Positions 1 through 14,265 of a stretch of 64,000 nucleotides of DNA are shown one piece after another. Origin of the DNA: Eledone cirrhosa (Eukaryota); contig CAXHJY010000578.1 in NCBI GenBank assembly GCA_964016885.1, positions 31,662 to 95,661 on the forward strand, given 5' to 3'. The translations under genes were made by a program, and so were the position numbers. The stretch's first letter is position 1. Each line of letters opens with the position of its first letter. The notes under the pieces are model-generated. The model was given only the letters and a program-made list of their open reading frames with translations, did not search any database and was not told where the DNA came from.

Positions 1-701
<701 letters not shown>

Positions 702-705
702 ATAA

Positions 706-940
706 AAGGTAAAGATCTCATTCGGTCACGAATGACCATGGGATTTGCACCTAAAAAGCTTCCCCCCCCCCCCCCCCCGAGGCACGAGTCCGGACAAGGT
801 TGTTTGTGGAAGACCAGCAGTCGCCCATACCAGACTCCCCTCTCCATGCCACCGATGATGTCCAAGGTAAAGGTAATGGCCGATACAGCTTGGCACCAGT
901 GATGTCACAACTCATTTCTACAGCTGAGTACACTGGATCA
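706..940 (-). mobile_element. SINE fragment (same family as 23870-24185)
   Basis: Shares 'gtcacgaatgacc..ggatttgcaccta..caaggttgtttgtggaagaccagcag..caactcatt..tacagctgagt' with the copy at 23870. Confidence 0.75.
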
Positions 941-1507
941 GGAAATACAGTTAGCAGAGGTTTTAATATCACATTTTATATCACATTTTAATATCACCTT
1001 TTATATCACATTTTTTTCCATGAATTTTAAATAAAATGTTTTTAGAATATACATAGACAGTTTGAAATGTGGGCTACATCGAACTTTTATTTTACTGTGA
1101 GCGACTGTAAGAACCTCATTTTGTATTGCTATCTAACTATATGACTATAAAATCTATAAGAGAAATTTCTTTTTGTAGAATTTTCTGAATGTCGTGACCA
1201 ATTTTATTTATTTTGTGATCCTCCAATGCGTCAGAACTCGTAGTTTGAAAAATCCTGCGTTACATAATACGATTAATCCTTTCTCATTTTAGAATTTATA
1301 TCTTGCCATTTCAGTTACTCTCTTACACCTTTTCTACCCTACTCTCCCCACTTCTCAAGGTAACCACGAATGACGTCCTTCTCATGTTATAAACCGGCTT
1401 TTCTATAAAGGAGTCAGTTTGTAAATTTAGAAAGTGTTATATTTCTTCTATATGTGCTTATTACTAATTTTAACGAAATACATTTGTTTTTGTCAGAATT
1501 AGCAACG

Positions 1508-1806
1508 CTGATAATAGGCTCAGGCCAGATATGATATGTAGGCACCCACGGCTGTAATAGGCCCTGGCTAACAGTGAAATGTAGGCCTTACAAAAGCTGG
1601 TAACAGACCCAAACCAAATGTAAAATGTAGGTCCCCAGGGCTGGTAATAGGCTCAGGCCAGCTGTGAAATGTTGTCTCCTCTCCCAGCTGGTAATACGCC
1701 CAGGCGAGATGTAAAATGTAAGCACCCAAAACTGGTAATAAGCTCAAACTACATGTGAAATATAAACCCCAGCAATGATGATAATCGGTCCGGTAATACA
1801 GGCCCC
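1508..1806. repeat. Degenerate ~43-44 bp minisatellite, about 7 units
   Basis: Recurring 'gctggtaataggc.caggccagatgtgaaatgtaggc'. Confidence 0.85.
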
Positions 1807-2234
1807 ATTTTAAACTACTCTATAAGTATCTTTGTAATCAATGCTAAATACATATGACTTGTGTATGGGTTACAGGTATAAACATCTACAAGCAAATATA
1901 ATGTAAAAAGAATTAGAACATAAAGGAAGTAGTCCCATGCCGACCCTCATGCTCCATTCCTCTCTCTTGGTCTACATGTATGGTAATGGTAGTGTCGGAT
2001 TATATAACTTGAACTATTCAATTGATGTTCTTTGCATTCTTAGTTCAAATCTCGGCAACGTTGACTTTATCTTTCATCTCACAAGGATCAATAAAATAGT
2101 TATCATTAATACACTGTGTATCCATTCAATCAATTATATTTCTTATCTATACTCTTCTCGCTGTGTGCTAAATTTAGAAACAAATAGATTTTTTGTGAGT
2201 TTCATCCGTGTATAGATAATATGTAATGTGATCA

Positions 2235-4330
2235 ATATCGAGCCACTTAAATCTCGCTGAGGTCAACTTTGCTTTTCGGGTCTCTATAAAAATAAAGTTC
2301 TAGTCGTATACCGGAGTCGAAATAATCAACTTGTCCCCACTTCAAAATTGCTGGCGTTTTGTTTTGTCAAAATTAGAAATCATTATAGGTGATCACATTA
2401 GTTTTATCTCAATTTCTAATAAGAGGCTATCATTGTTAAAGGGGCCTTTAACTTCTCATGTAATGGCGCCGTCTTGATACGCTACGTGATTTGAGAATTT
2501 TAAATCTGACGGAATCCTTCTCTCACTAGGCTGGAACTCAGTCAATTTCTTCTAGAAAGAGGAAGAAATGATCTCAGTATTGTACTAGGACTTTATTTAT
2601 CGTCCTCGAAAAATGAAAGGCAAAGTTGGCCATGGTGGAATTTGAACTCAGAGAGCAGTAAGCCGGAACAAATACTGAGACATTTTTAATCCGACGTTCT
2701 AACGATTCAGCCCATTCGCTACCTGTTTTGTTAACAGATATGGTGCATGTAATGGCGGAAAATATCAGTGGTTGTAGTAGAATCGGAAGAAAGTCAAACA
2801 AATGTCCTGTCCTGTTCATTTAAGGTGCTTAACATAGCAGTTAGAGTGTAGGACTCTCGATCATAAGGTCATGGGTTCGATTCCTTGAACAGGCAGTGCT
2901 TAGTGTTTTTGAACATGACACTTCATTTTATGTTGTTTTATCATAATTAGGACTGGGAGCTTCTATCATTAAAACACTCGAGAAATCTCGTATGAGGCCA
3001 GCTAAACGTGCATAGATGTGAGCTGTAAATTACTATTTTATTTTTTTAATTTCAATATTTACTTACTACCCTCCAGATTCTGAGTTCAAACCCCGCCGAG
3101 TTCGACTTTATCTTTCATCCTTCGGGGGAGGGGGGGGGGGGGGTCAATAAAATAAACACCAGTTGAGGTCATGTGAAGGCGTCCAGCCTAGTGGTTAGGG
3201 TGTTGGTCTCTTGACCGTAAAGTTGTGGGCTTTATTCCCGAACCGGAAAGTGAATATCAGTAGTAGCAACTGGGGTTAACCTTGCAACGAACGTTTCCGT
3301 TCAAGGGACAGTCATGAATTCTCAGTCGCTCAGCGCCACATTAAACCGGAATAAGCTCCGTCATTATCGTTCAACTAGTGTCAGCATGGAAAGGAAAATA
3401 TACTAGGGTCGATATAAACAACTATTCCTTCAACGATTCGTAAAGTCGTAGATTCGATTCCTGGATCAGATAGCTCGTTGTGGTCTTGAGCAAGACGCCT
3501 CATTCGACGCTGCTTTTCATGATAGGACTGAGTCCCCAGTCATTAAAGTACTCGAGAATACACTCCTACGATGTTGCAACTCATAGGAGGCCAGCTAAAA
3601 CCTACGTAGGTGTGAGTGTAAATTTCCTTCTTTGTTCAGCAATCCCATAGTGTGAATCATCTAATTTATAGATACATAGAATCACAGAAAGACCAAGTAA
3701 TCGACTCGATTTATCTGCAGTAGTGGAACTCCGTTGGTTACGACGATGAGTTTTCCAGTTGATACGATCAACGTAACGGCCTGGTCGTGAAATTAACGTG
3801 CAAGTGGCTGAGCATTCCACAAACACGCGTACCCTTAATGTAGTTCTCAGGGAGAACATAATGTGACAAGGCTGGCCCTTCGAATTACAGGTACAGTTCA
3901 TTTTTGCCAGCTGAGTGGACTGAAGCAACGTGAAATAAAATGTCTTGCTCAAGGACACAGCGCACCGCCGGATATCGAACTCTCAATGCCACGCGCCTTC
4001 ACATTTATCCGCAGTAATGAATGAATCCAAATTACTACAGGTTTACCATCGATTTTCTGGCACCATTAGTTCCAGACATGTGCCGAATTATTGATTTTGC
4101 TGATCACGTTATAAGGATTTCTGCTTTAGGCACACGGTTAGCAATTTGAGGTGAGGGGAAAGTCGATCAAATCGATCCCAGTAATTGCCAGGTGTTTTAC
4201 TTTATCAATTTCAGAAGGATACAAAGCAAACTGATCACAGCGGGATTTGCATTCAGAACGTAAAGAGCCGGAAAAAATACCGCAAAGCATTTTGTCCGAC
4301 GCTCTAACGATTCTGCAAATCTATCGTCAT
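2235..4330. mobile_element. Cluster of tRNA-derived SINEs in both orientations
   Basis: Box-B-like 'gagttcaaa/ggttcgattcc', central motifs 'ctttcatcctt.ggggtcgataaaataaagtaccag' and 'tgtccttgagcaagacactttatttcacgttgctccag' recur throughout the window. Confidence 0.8.
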
Positions 4331-5635
4331 CAGAGGTCACGTAATAATAATTTAAAGTAAATTCCTTAGATACTAGTTATTAATAACGTTTTTCGCTACT
4401 AAACCTTTATAACACATCTTCAGACCTGCCAACCTCCAAAAACCCAAACGGGGAGTACCATGAAAAAAAAGTGCCCCCAGACGAGGGAAACTGGCAACAT
4501 GGGGAGATTTTACATAATTGTTCCTACTTTTGGCACAAGGCCAGCATTTATCCCAGTGCGTTACTGGTGGTTTATTTTATACATATTGAAAACTATACCC
4601 ATTTTCACAAGAAAATACTTCTGTCACCCACCCCAAAGTGAGTGGAAGATCTCCCCGTCGACGAGGAGAGTTGATAGGTCTGCATTTCTGTTTATTCACT
4701 AGAAACATATGAAAACTGAAAACCTCACTTTCCACCTCAATTATATGTTGACACTTGCACTGTGTTTGGAAAGTATAACTAGGGATGAATGTAAGCAAAA
4801 TAGGATACGAATTCCACCCAATTCAACGGAGCTGCAGCAACCGCCAGTAACTAGTTATTGAGACGATTGTAAATAAAACACTACACCACCTATGACTAAC
4901 CAGTAAAAATCATGATATTCAAGTGTCCGCTCATAATTTTGTCCGGATAGAATGAGGTGCCTGACCATCAATGGCGTATCTGTAGTTTAAAAAGTGTCGA
5001 AAGGACAAGAGAAATCCAGGTAGGATCTACTTCAGGTCTGCCTTATTCATAAGGCTGACGGGGGAGAAGTGTACGAGGGTTCAAATTCTTTTCCCTTTTT
5101 TTTTTCTTCGCTACAGTGGAGTGAAAGATTGAAGTGATAGAGGGGGCCCCAAAATACTGGGAAACCCAGAGGCCAAGCCATGGGTAAATACGACCCAAGC
5201 TGTCAGTTCAGTGGGTTAATAGGACTCAGATGTGCTTCAAATATTAAAAGTAAAATACATTCATGAGAATTTCTTTGAACCGGAACTTAAGTAAATAAGT
5301 AAATATGTTATAACAGAGCTCAGTGTGTTGAGACTATGGACGGAATGTAGTGTTAATCCCATGTGACGTTTGTTGTTGTTGAAAGTATGAAAATATTTGT
5401 ACTATTACACATCATTACGTAGTTAGGGTGTGTTATTTAACACAGATTATGTTATGGAGACATACAGAAGTTTTTTAAAGATTTTAACCTGATTATACCA
5501 AACCATAACTGAAAGTGTCCAGTATAATGCAGCATACGCGACCGGAAAACATAAAAAAAAGTTCTAAGGACCTGTAAAAACTCTTTATGACCTGTTCCAC
5601 CATCATTCTTTTCTTGGGTGTTTTCAATCTCTAGT

Positions 5636-5692
5636 ACTTAACTGGTACTTTATTTTATCGACTCTGGAAGGATGAAAAGCAAAAGATGACCT
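5636..5692 (+). repeat. Left copy of 57-bp target-site duplication of the RTE insertion
   Basis: 'acttaactggtac...aaaagatgacct' recurs at 10049-10105 with one mismatch. Confidence 0.85.
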
Positions 5693-8600
5693 ATGATCAG
5701 GTCACTCTTGAGTGCTACTGGTAACATATAAACCAGTACAACCTGTTGCATGGTCGGGTCGTCGGCGACTAAACTGGCAACCCCACCAAGTTTACTTGGT
5801 GAGGAGGGTGATTTTGGACACCCTGCACGACAAAAACAAAACCTGACAAAGGGCGGAAGAACTGATAAGAGTCAATGGCCTTCCAAAAATGTGTAAATAT
5901 GTATATACACATGTACATATGTATGTGTATGTATATACGTGTGTATATGCCTGGGGTATCATGGAGGGGCATGTACCTCTGTAGGAGGGGCCGGGGCTAG
6001 CCATGCCCTTTTCAGGACAGCTCGTCCTGCATTGGGTCCGACCTGAGACTCAGCTCTCACCTGTGGCCCCAAGAAGCTGTAGCATACGACAGCGGCCACA
6101 CCCTGGTAAACCGCCTTCGCTGGCGGGAAGAACAAGGTTGAGGGTAGCCGGACGGATCTGAACCCCCCACCCCCAGTGAGTTAGATAGGGGATCCTGCCC
6201 CTGCATGCGAAGACTGGACCCGGCGGAGTGAGTGGAGGACAACATCGTCCCAACAATCACGAAGGCGGCGACAGCAAGTGGTGTGGAGCGCTAGGGCACG
6301 ACAAGGCACTACAGACGTCGTGGCCATCCACTGCAGCCAGGGAAGTCCCTGGTCGTGACGGTCCTCCGTACCACTGGATTCTGGCTTCTGCGACCAAGTG
6401 AGTGGGACCGTCACTGTGCACTGGCCCTCCCACTATAAACCTTTCCCGCACAGGTTTCTTCTTTAGCGTGCACTCCCAAAGCCCTGCGGCGATGGGCGAG
6501 AGACGGAGGTAACAGGTGGAGGTAACCTCTGGGATTTGCCAGTCTCAAATCTACACGTGGGCGGCCTGGATGCGCAAGTCGTTCTTCTCCTGACCCTGGG
6601 AGGACAGAGGAGATCAGGCCTTCCACCGGGCGACTGAGCAGCCCTTTTCAGGAGAGCACTGCTCAACCTCGCACGAGAGGAGGGGCGATAAAAGGAGCCC
6701 TAACCAAATGCTCGTCCCACACAAAGCCCGCCAGTCTACCGCGGCTGGAGGTTTTACCCTCGCAAGTGGTCGAAACCAACATAATAGAAAGAAGAACTTG
6801 ATTCTTGGCGGATGGAATATGCGCACCCTCGTGGATAGGGAAACCTTCTTGAGGCCAGAGAAAAGAACTGCTCTCATAGAAAAGGAATTAGCTCGCTACC
6901 GGATCGACATAGCCGCCCTCAGCGAGACTAGACTTGCCGAAGAAGGATCAGTAGCAGAACCGAAAGGAGGCTACACCTTCTTCTGGAAGGGCAATGCAAA
7001 GGACGAGGACAGAATCCACCGGGTAAACCTGGCCATCATGACTTCACTCTGCAAGCTAGCTACCAGACCTCCCAACACCTGTGAGTGCGCGGCTGATGAA
7101 GCTCCGCTTCCCCCTCGACCCATCTCGGCATGTCACAGTCATCAGCGCGTACGCCCCCACTCTCACCAGCAGCGATGAAGCAAAGGATGCTTTCTACGGG
7201 GAACTCAACGCTCTCGTGAAGCGCGTCCCCCCAAGCGATAAACTCATCCTACTGGGGGACTTCAAGGCAAGAGTCAGGTCTGACAGCAGCAACTGGAGAG
7301 GCGTGCTGGGACCTCACGACACAGGGAAGCTGAACTCTAACGGCCTCATACTGTTGAGTTTCTGCGCCGAGAACGACCTCACCATCACCAGTAAACTGTT
7401 CCGCCAAGCAGACAAGTTCAAGACGACATACATGCACCTCAGATCCAAACAGTGGCATCTGATTGACTTTGCCATATGCCACAGAAGGGAAATCTGTGAC
7501 GTCAGAATCACCAGGGCCATGCGTGGTGCAGAGTGTTGGACCGACCATCGCCTTGTCAGGACCCTCCTGTCACTGCACATCACCCCGACGCATCGCAAGA
7601 CTCCGAAAGTCTGTAGGCCACTTTCGACGTCGCACGACTCAAGCAGCCAGAGCATCGTGATGCGTTCACGGAAGACCTTGACGGCCGGCTGACTGCCCAT
7701 GGACCACTGACCGGACCGCCAACTCAACAGTGGGTCCAGTTCAGGTCGCTGGTGACAGTCAGCCAAGGCAACCATCGGGCCGAGGAAGAGAGTCCACCAG
7801 GACTGGTTTGATGAGAACGATGAGCGCATCAGACAACTCCTGGACGAGAAGAGGAGGACTTTCATTGAGTGGCAGAATGACAGCTCCTCCACCTCGAAGC
7901 GCGACCGCTTCAAGCACCTCCAGAGGCAGACCTAAGCAGGACAAGTGGTGGGAAAAGAAGGCCGAAGAAGTCGAGAGATGCGCTGGCACAAAGAACTCCA
8001 AGATATTCTTCAGCGCCATCGGGGAAGTCTATGGACCCCCCAAGCCTGTCACCACGCCGGTGATGTCTGCTGACGGTTCGATCCTGCTGAAGGAGAAGAG
8101 CAGCATCAACTCGAGGTGGAGCGAGCACTTCAGCAACCTGCTCAACAGGCCCTCCACTGTCGACTCTGCCGCCCTCGACTAAGTCCCACAGAAGCCCGTA
8201 GTCGCTAGCCTCCCCCCTCCCCCCACCCACCTCCGCCTCCACGTTGGATGAAGTCACGAAGGCAATCAACTAGACCAGCTCAGTAAAGGCCCCTGGGAAG
8301 GACTGGATTCCTGCCGAGATCTTCAAATCGGCCGGTCCAGCTGCTCTGAGGCTCTTCCACACCCTCCTCGTCAGCATATGGGAGGAAGAAGAGGTGCCTA
8401 AAGACTTCAGGGATGCTACAGTTGTTTAAGAACAAAGGCAGCAAAACTGACTGTGGCAACTATCGGGGCACTTCTCTCCTGTCCATCGCTGGGAAGGTCC
8501 TGGCTTGAGTCATGCTCAACTGCTTCATTGCCAACATCTCGGAGGACAACCTGCCTGAGGCCCAGTGTGGGTTCCGCCCAAACCGCAGCACGATCGACAT

Positions 8601-10048
8601 GATCTTCTCTGTACGCCAGGTGCAGGAGAAGTGTGTCGAGCAGAACATGGACCTCTTTGTCGTCTTCATAGACTTGACGAAGGCATTCGACACTGTCAAC
8701 AGGGAGGGCCTTTGACACTGTCAACAGGGAAGCCCTCTGGTCGATCCTGTCGAAGTCTGGATGCCCGACAAAGTTTGTGAACCTGATACGGCAATTCCAT
8801 GACGACATGACCGGGCTGGTGCACTCGGGCGGAGAGGCATCGGAGCCGTTCGGAATCACCAACGGCGTCAAGCAAGGATGCGTGCCTGCTCCCGTCCTCT
8901 TCAACCTGTTCTTCACCTGTGTGCTCAATCATGCCGTCAGGGACCTCGAGCACGGAGTGTATCTGCGATACAGACTGGACGGCTCCCTGTTTGCCCTGAG
9001 GCGCCTGACAGCCAAGACAAGGACCGTCCAGAGGATCGTCCTGGAGGCACTTTTTGCTGACGACTGTGTCCTCATGGCCCACAGGGAGTCTGACCTCCAA
9101 CTCATCGTCAACAAGTTCGTGGAGGCCTCCTGCCTCTTCGGTCTTACAATTAGCCTTGGCAAGACTGAGGCCCTGTTCCAGCCTGTACCTGCCTCCGTCG
9201 CCCACCCTCCTTCCATCTCCATCGGAGGCACCCAGCTAAAGACGGTGGACGATTTCAAGTACCTCGGCAGTGTCATCAGCAGCGATGGAAGCCTCGACGA
9301 GGAGATAAACGACAGAATATGCAAGGCCAGTCAAGCCCTCGGCCGCCTGAGGACACGCGTCCTGAACCAGCACAACATCAGGCAGTCCACCAAGCTGAAG
9401 GTGTACAGGGCCGTTGTTCTCACCAGCCTCCTCTACGGATGTGAGACATGGACCCTGTACAGAAGACACCTGAAGCAGCTGGAACGGTTCCACATGCGCA
9501 GCCTGCGGTCAATTATGAACATCAAATGGCAGGACAAGGTCTCCAACATCGAAGTTCTTGACATGGCTGAGACAACCAGTATCGAAGCTATGATACTGAA
9601 GAGCCAACTTCGATGGGTGGGACATGTCATCCGGATGGACGATCATAGGCTTCCGAAGCAACTGATGTATGGGGAACTCTGTTCGGGGAAACGAAAGCGG
9701 GGCAGGCCTCTCAAGAGGTTCAAAGACTGCGTGAAGTCCATTATCAACAACACTGGAATCGCGCCAAAACAACTCGAGTCCCATGCTCAGGACAGAACTG
9801 AGTGGCGAGCCCTTACCAGACGCGCCCAAGACTCTTTTGAAGAGAAGAGATGGGCAGAGGTCACTGAGGCCCGTGAAAGGAGGAGAAAGGCATCAACACC
9901 TGCCCCAAGCGACTCCGGTCTCTTCCCCTGCCCCCACTGTCTCCGGGCCTGCAAGTCAAGGATCGGCCTCCACAGCCACCTTCGTGCCCATGGCAGACGG
10001 AAACTAAAACAAAGAAGATGTCATCATCGTTTACGATGGACAACCAAG
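5693..10048 (+). mobile_element. Full-length, decayed RTE-clade non-LTR retrotransposon with a composite 5' end, inserted into a SINE
   Basis: GC-rich 5' UTR, APE and RT remnants, short 3' tail, flanking 57-bp direct repeats. Confidence 0.92.
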
Positions 10049-10054
10049 ACTTAA
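6708..10054 (+). pseudogene. RTE APE endonuclease/reverse transcriptase ORF disrupted by frameshifts and stops
   Basis: Motifs GWNMRTL, IAALSETR, SAYAPT, LGDF, TDHRLV, EAQCGFR, DLTKAFD, GVKQGC, LFADD, KYLGS and C-terminal CPHC..HSH..H, spread over several frames. Confidence 0.93.
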
Positions 10055-10105
10055 CTGGTACTTTATTTTATCGACCCTGGAAGGATGAAAAGCAAAAGAT
10101 GACCT
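10049..10105 (+). repeat. Right copy of the 57-bp TSD; the interrupted minus-strand SINE continues to about 10160
   Basis: Matches 5636-5692. Confidence 0.85.
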
Positions 10106-10600
10106 CGTTGGGATTTGAATTCAGAATGTAAGGAGTCAGAAAAAATACCACAAAGGCCTTTTCTCCGACGCTCTACCAATTTACCGGGTTTTTTTTTATT
10201 TTTTTTTTTTTTATTCTTAGAACTTTTATTTGAAACCGCAAATTTACAAGACATAAGCAATAAAGGTAAACACAGACAAACATACGACTGTTTCTACACA
10301 CTGTCTGTCTACCAAATTCCATTCACAAGATATTTCTCAACCGATTTCTTCCAGAGAAAGAGATATAAAGGAGGAATCAACCCGAGTATTGAACTGCTAT
10401 TTTATTCATCGACCTTGAGAAACAAAGTAGACCTTGACGGGATATGAACTGAGACATCAGACAGCCGGAACAAATACCACAAAGCATTTTCTATCCCACA
10501 TTCTAACGACTCTTCGACTTCGCCAACTTAGTATCGTTTCCAATGAATAAATATGACAAAATCTTTATGATTTTCTTTCCTGTTCTGTTTCTAGTGTACA

Positions 10601-10778
10601 TACCGTATTTCCCGGCGCCGAAGACGCTTCGTCCTCGAGGACGCACCCTAATTTTGACAACCAAAAATTAAAAAAAAAAAAAAAAATAATAAACAACCTT
10701 CAGCCTCCAGGTCGCATGGTAGATTTTTGAGACTTATTTTAGGAAAAAAGTAGCGTCTTTGACACCAGGAAATACAGT
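10601..10778. mobile_element. MITE, probably Tc1/mariner-derived
   Basis: Imperfect ~27-bp TIRs 'accgtatttcccggcgccgaagacgct' / 'agcgtctttgacaccaggaaatacagt', TA at the left end. Confidence 0.7.
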
Positions 10779-10965
10779 TTATAATGTAAAGCCAAGTTAT
10801 TGACATTTTTATAGCTTACTAGCAGAATGGTCCGGCGTTGCTCGGGATTTGCTCCAGGGTTCTTATATATTTGATATATATTTATCCTTATCGAGCCTCG
10901 TGAAATAAATACGTTTGTTTATATTTTGTTATTGTGTAGGCAAAAATATCTGTACATGAATATAC

Positions 10966-11004
<39 letters not shown>

Positions 11005-11007
<3 letters not shown>

Positions 11008-11258
11008 CGATAAATTAACGGAGGCATAGGCCCTCGCTATTCCCTGTAAATAATGTGCTCAAAGGAGAAGAAATCCTGAGCTCTTTAAAATACAATATGT
11101 TGAAAAGGTAACACACCAGAGAGAGGTATACAGTGCGCTATCAATAAAACAGGGGAAAAAACCCACCAGTGTATGGAATCTGGTGGTTTTTTCCCCTGTT
11201 TTATTGATAGCGCACTGTATATCTCTCTCTGGTGTGTTACCTTTTCAACATATTGTAT
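11005..11258. repeat. Foldback insertion (palindrome 11090-11258 plus an 85-bp extension), same family as 38945-39537
   Basis: ~80-bp near-perfect inverted arms flanked by (AT)n. Confidence 0.85.
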
Positions 11259-11316
11259 ATATATATAAATATATATATATAAATATATATATATATAAAT
11301 ATATATATATATAAAT

Positions 11317-11365
<49 letters not shown>

Positions 11366-11483
11366 AATATATATATATATAAATATATATATATATAAAT
11401 ATATATATATATAAATATATATATATAAATATATATATATAAATATATATATATAAATATATATATATAAATATATATATATA

Positions 11484-11519
<36 letters not shown>

Positions 11520-11652
11520 AATATATATATATAAATATATATATATAAATATATATATATAAATATATATATATAAATATATATATATAAATATATATAT
11601 ATAAATATATATATATAAATATATATATATAAATATAAATATATAAATATAT

Positions 11653-11685
<33 letters not shown>

Positions 11686-11881
11686 AATATATATATATAA
11701 ATATATATATATAAATATATATATATAAATATATATATATAAATATATATATATAAATATATATATATAAATATATATATATAAATATATATATATAAAT
11801 ATATATATATAAATATATATATATGAATATATATATATAAATATATAAATATAAATATATATATATAAATATATATATATA

Positions 11882-11933
<52 letters not shown>

Positions 11934-12034
11934 TATATATATAAATATATATATATAAATATATATATATAAATATATATATATAAATATATATATATAA
12001 ATATATATATATAAATATATATATATAAATATAT

Positions 12035-12113
<79 letters not shown>

Positions 12114-12123
12114 TATATATATA

Positions 12124-12175
<52 letters not shown>

Positions 12176-12178
12176 TAA

Positions 12179-12269
<91 letters not shown>
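11256..12269. repeat. (AT)n/(ATAAAT) microsatellite
   Basis: Directly visible. Confidence 0.97.
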
Positions 12270-12270
<1 letters not shown>

Positions 12271-12273
<3 letters not shown>

Positions 12274-12395
12274 AGGCGTGTGGCTGAGCGGTTAGAGAAT
12301 TGGATTCACAATCTTGAGGTTGTGAGTTCGATTCCTGGACCGGGCGATGCGTTATGTCCTTGAGCAAGGCACTTTATTTCACGTTGCTCCTACCT
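12271..12395 (+). mobile_element. tRNA-derived SINE 5' part
   Basis: Box A 'tggctgagcggttagag', box B 'gagttcgattcc', then 'tgtccttgagcaaggcactttatttcacgttgctcc'. Confidence 0.85.
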
Positions 12396-12510
12396 GGAGT
12401 TGCGACCGATAGATAGTATTAGCAACTGGAAAGACCAACGGAAACATTGTTGCCTCGGTCCGATTTGAGGAAAATCGATCGCTAAAAAAAAAAAAAATAT
12501 ATAAATATAT

Positions 12511-12543
<33 letters not shown>

Positions 12544-13889
12544 TAAATATATATATAAATATATATATAAATATATATATAAATATATATATATAAATAT
12601 ATATATATAAATATATATATATAAATATATATAAATATATATATAAATATATATATATAAATAACAGATTAAAGTTTAAGCAAAGAATCGCTGCTTTCAC
12701 CCTTAACGGATCTTCTGAAACTAAAAAAATCAATCTGTGAACGCAGAAGTAAATATTTCGAAAAACACACTATATATATACATACACACTATATATACTG
12801 ATACACACACACACATACATAACGTAATAATGTAATGCAGACATTCAGAAACACAGACAGATATTATAAGGGCGCAACGTTATATCTATGTATCTATCTA
12901 AAAAGAAAGACTAAGAATTATAGAGAGAGATCGCTAAATCGCCTAATGCGGTCCCTAGGGTATTGAAAATTTGAAATACTTTTTGCTCAAAACACTCACA
13001 GGACCATAAGTATTACATGTGTAAAGTTTGAAAACAATCGGTTGGGTGGTTATCGAGTTTTAGGGAGCTGACAGACAGACATTCTCTGTTTTAGATATAT
13101 AGATAATGGCGAAGCTGGTATAGGAATACATTGGACAGGCTTTATGGAGTTGGGTGTAGAATTGTAGAGAGATTAAATGTCATTTATATCTGTGAGAATT
13201 TTAATTTTGCTATTTTCATTTTCTAAACTCTGTTAACTAAATTGTTACTAATTTCATGAAACTGATTTATCGACTACCATTTCTTCACTGCATCATGTAG
13301 TTCTACAAATATTAGGAAAATAGAATCTTTAATCGATTATTAATTCAGCTGCCGTGTGTTTATTCTACACGTTGTTTTTACTGTTCATATATATTCATTT
13401 ACTTCCAAAACTTAATGCTTTTCTCACCTGTTTATTGTTTAGTGAGAGAGGAAAGAGTAGTGCTCATGACTCTTTTGAGGGCTTCTGAGACAGAAAGGAG
13501 AGATAAAGGGCCAGGTGGTGATGCTAAACCAGGTAACAGATTAAGTCTACCGCCCATGCAAGTTACGGTGAGATTTGAACTCAGAACAGAGCTGAAACAA
13601 ATAACGCAAATCTGACGCTCTAACACAATTGTAGGCAAACTACTTTTTGAATGGCACGCCTGATTTCAAAATTGCCTTAAATTGTTTAGTAGTGTGACCC
13701 GTCTTATGATGAGCAATATCCTATGCGGCCAACTGCTCGAAAAAGGTTGCCCATTCGCTATTTCAATCTTGTCTGATAATGAATAGGAGATTCATTAAAA
13801 TTCCTTATTTGGCCTCGGCTTCAAGTTGCTTCTTTAATTTAATCAAAACTGAAACAACATGTCTGTACATTTTGCAAGATATTATCATA

Positions 13890-14265
13890 TCGACTCACAA
13901 TCGTACGGACGTGAGTTCGATTACCAGAGGTGCGTTGTGTCCTTGAGCAAGATATTTTGTTTTGCATTGCTCCAGTTCACTCAGCTGGCAAAATTATTTG
14001 TTCCTGTAATACAAAGAGCCAATTACGCACTTTGTGATGCTGAATCTCCCTGAGAACTGCAGTAAAGGTACACGTGTTTGTGGTATGCTGTACCTGTAAT
14101 TCAGAAAGCCAGCCTTATCACACTATGTCACGCTGAATCCCTTCGAGAACTATGTTTAGGGTGTATCTGTGGAATGCTCAGTCACTGCCACGTTAATTTC
14201 ACGAGCAGACTGTTACAGCGATCGAACAAATAGAACACTCGTCGCCGTCGGAACCGACGGAGGGA
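13890..14265 (+). mobile_element. tRNA-derived SINE with an internal duplication
   Basis: Reverse-complement homolog of about 3730-4005; the 'tacctgtaat...gctgaatc...gagaact' block is duplicated. Confidence 0.8.

Larger units (their letters stand above)
10819..13103 (-). mobile_element. Non-autonomous Helitron with nested microsatellite, foldback and SINE
   Basis: Minus strand begins TC(tatatatctaaaacagag) and ends with a GC hairpin then CTAG; lies between A and T; body shared with 18270-21248 and 24458-25404. Confidence 0.75.

Noticed and set aside
1508-1806. Repetitive coding exon
   Set aside because: Unit length of 43-44 bp is not frame-preserving and there is no ORF.
5986-6100. HDV-like ribozyme in the RTE 5' UTR proper (ggggccg/tggcccc, cag-ctctcac-ctg)
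   Set aside because: No P2 partner or catalytic J4/2 found; a simple hairpin tgtggcc/ggccaca explains the region better.
12271-12345. tRNA-like sequences with A and B boxes
   Set aside because: They continue directly into SINE core sequence and lack a clean cloverleaf; SINE heads.
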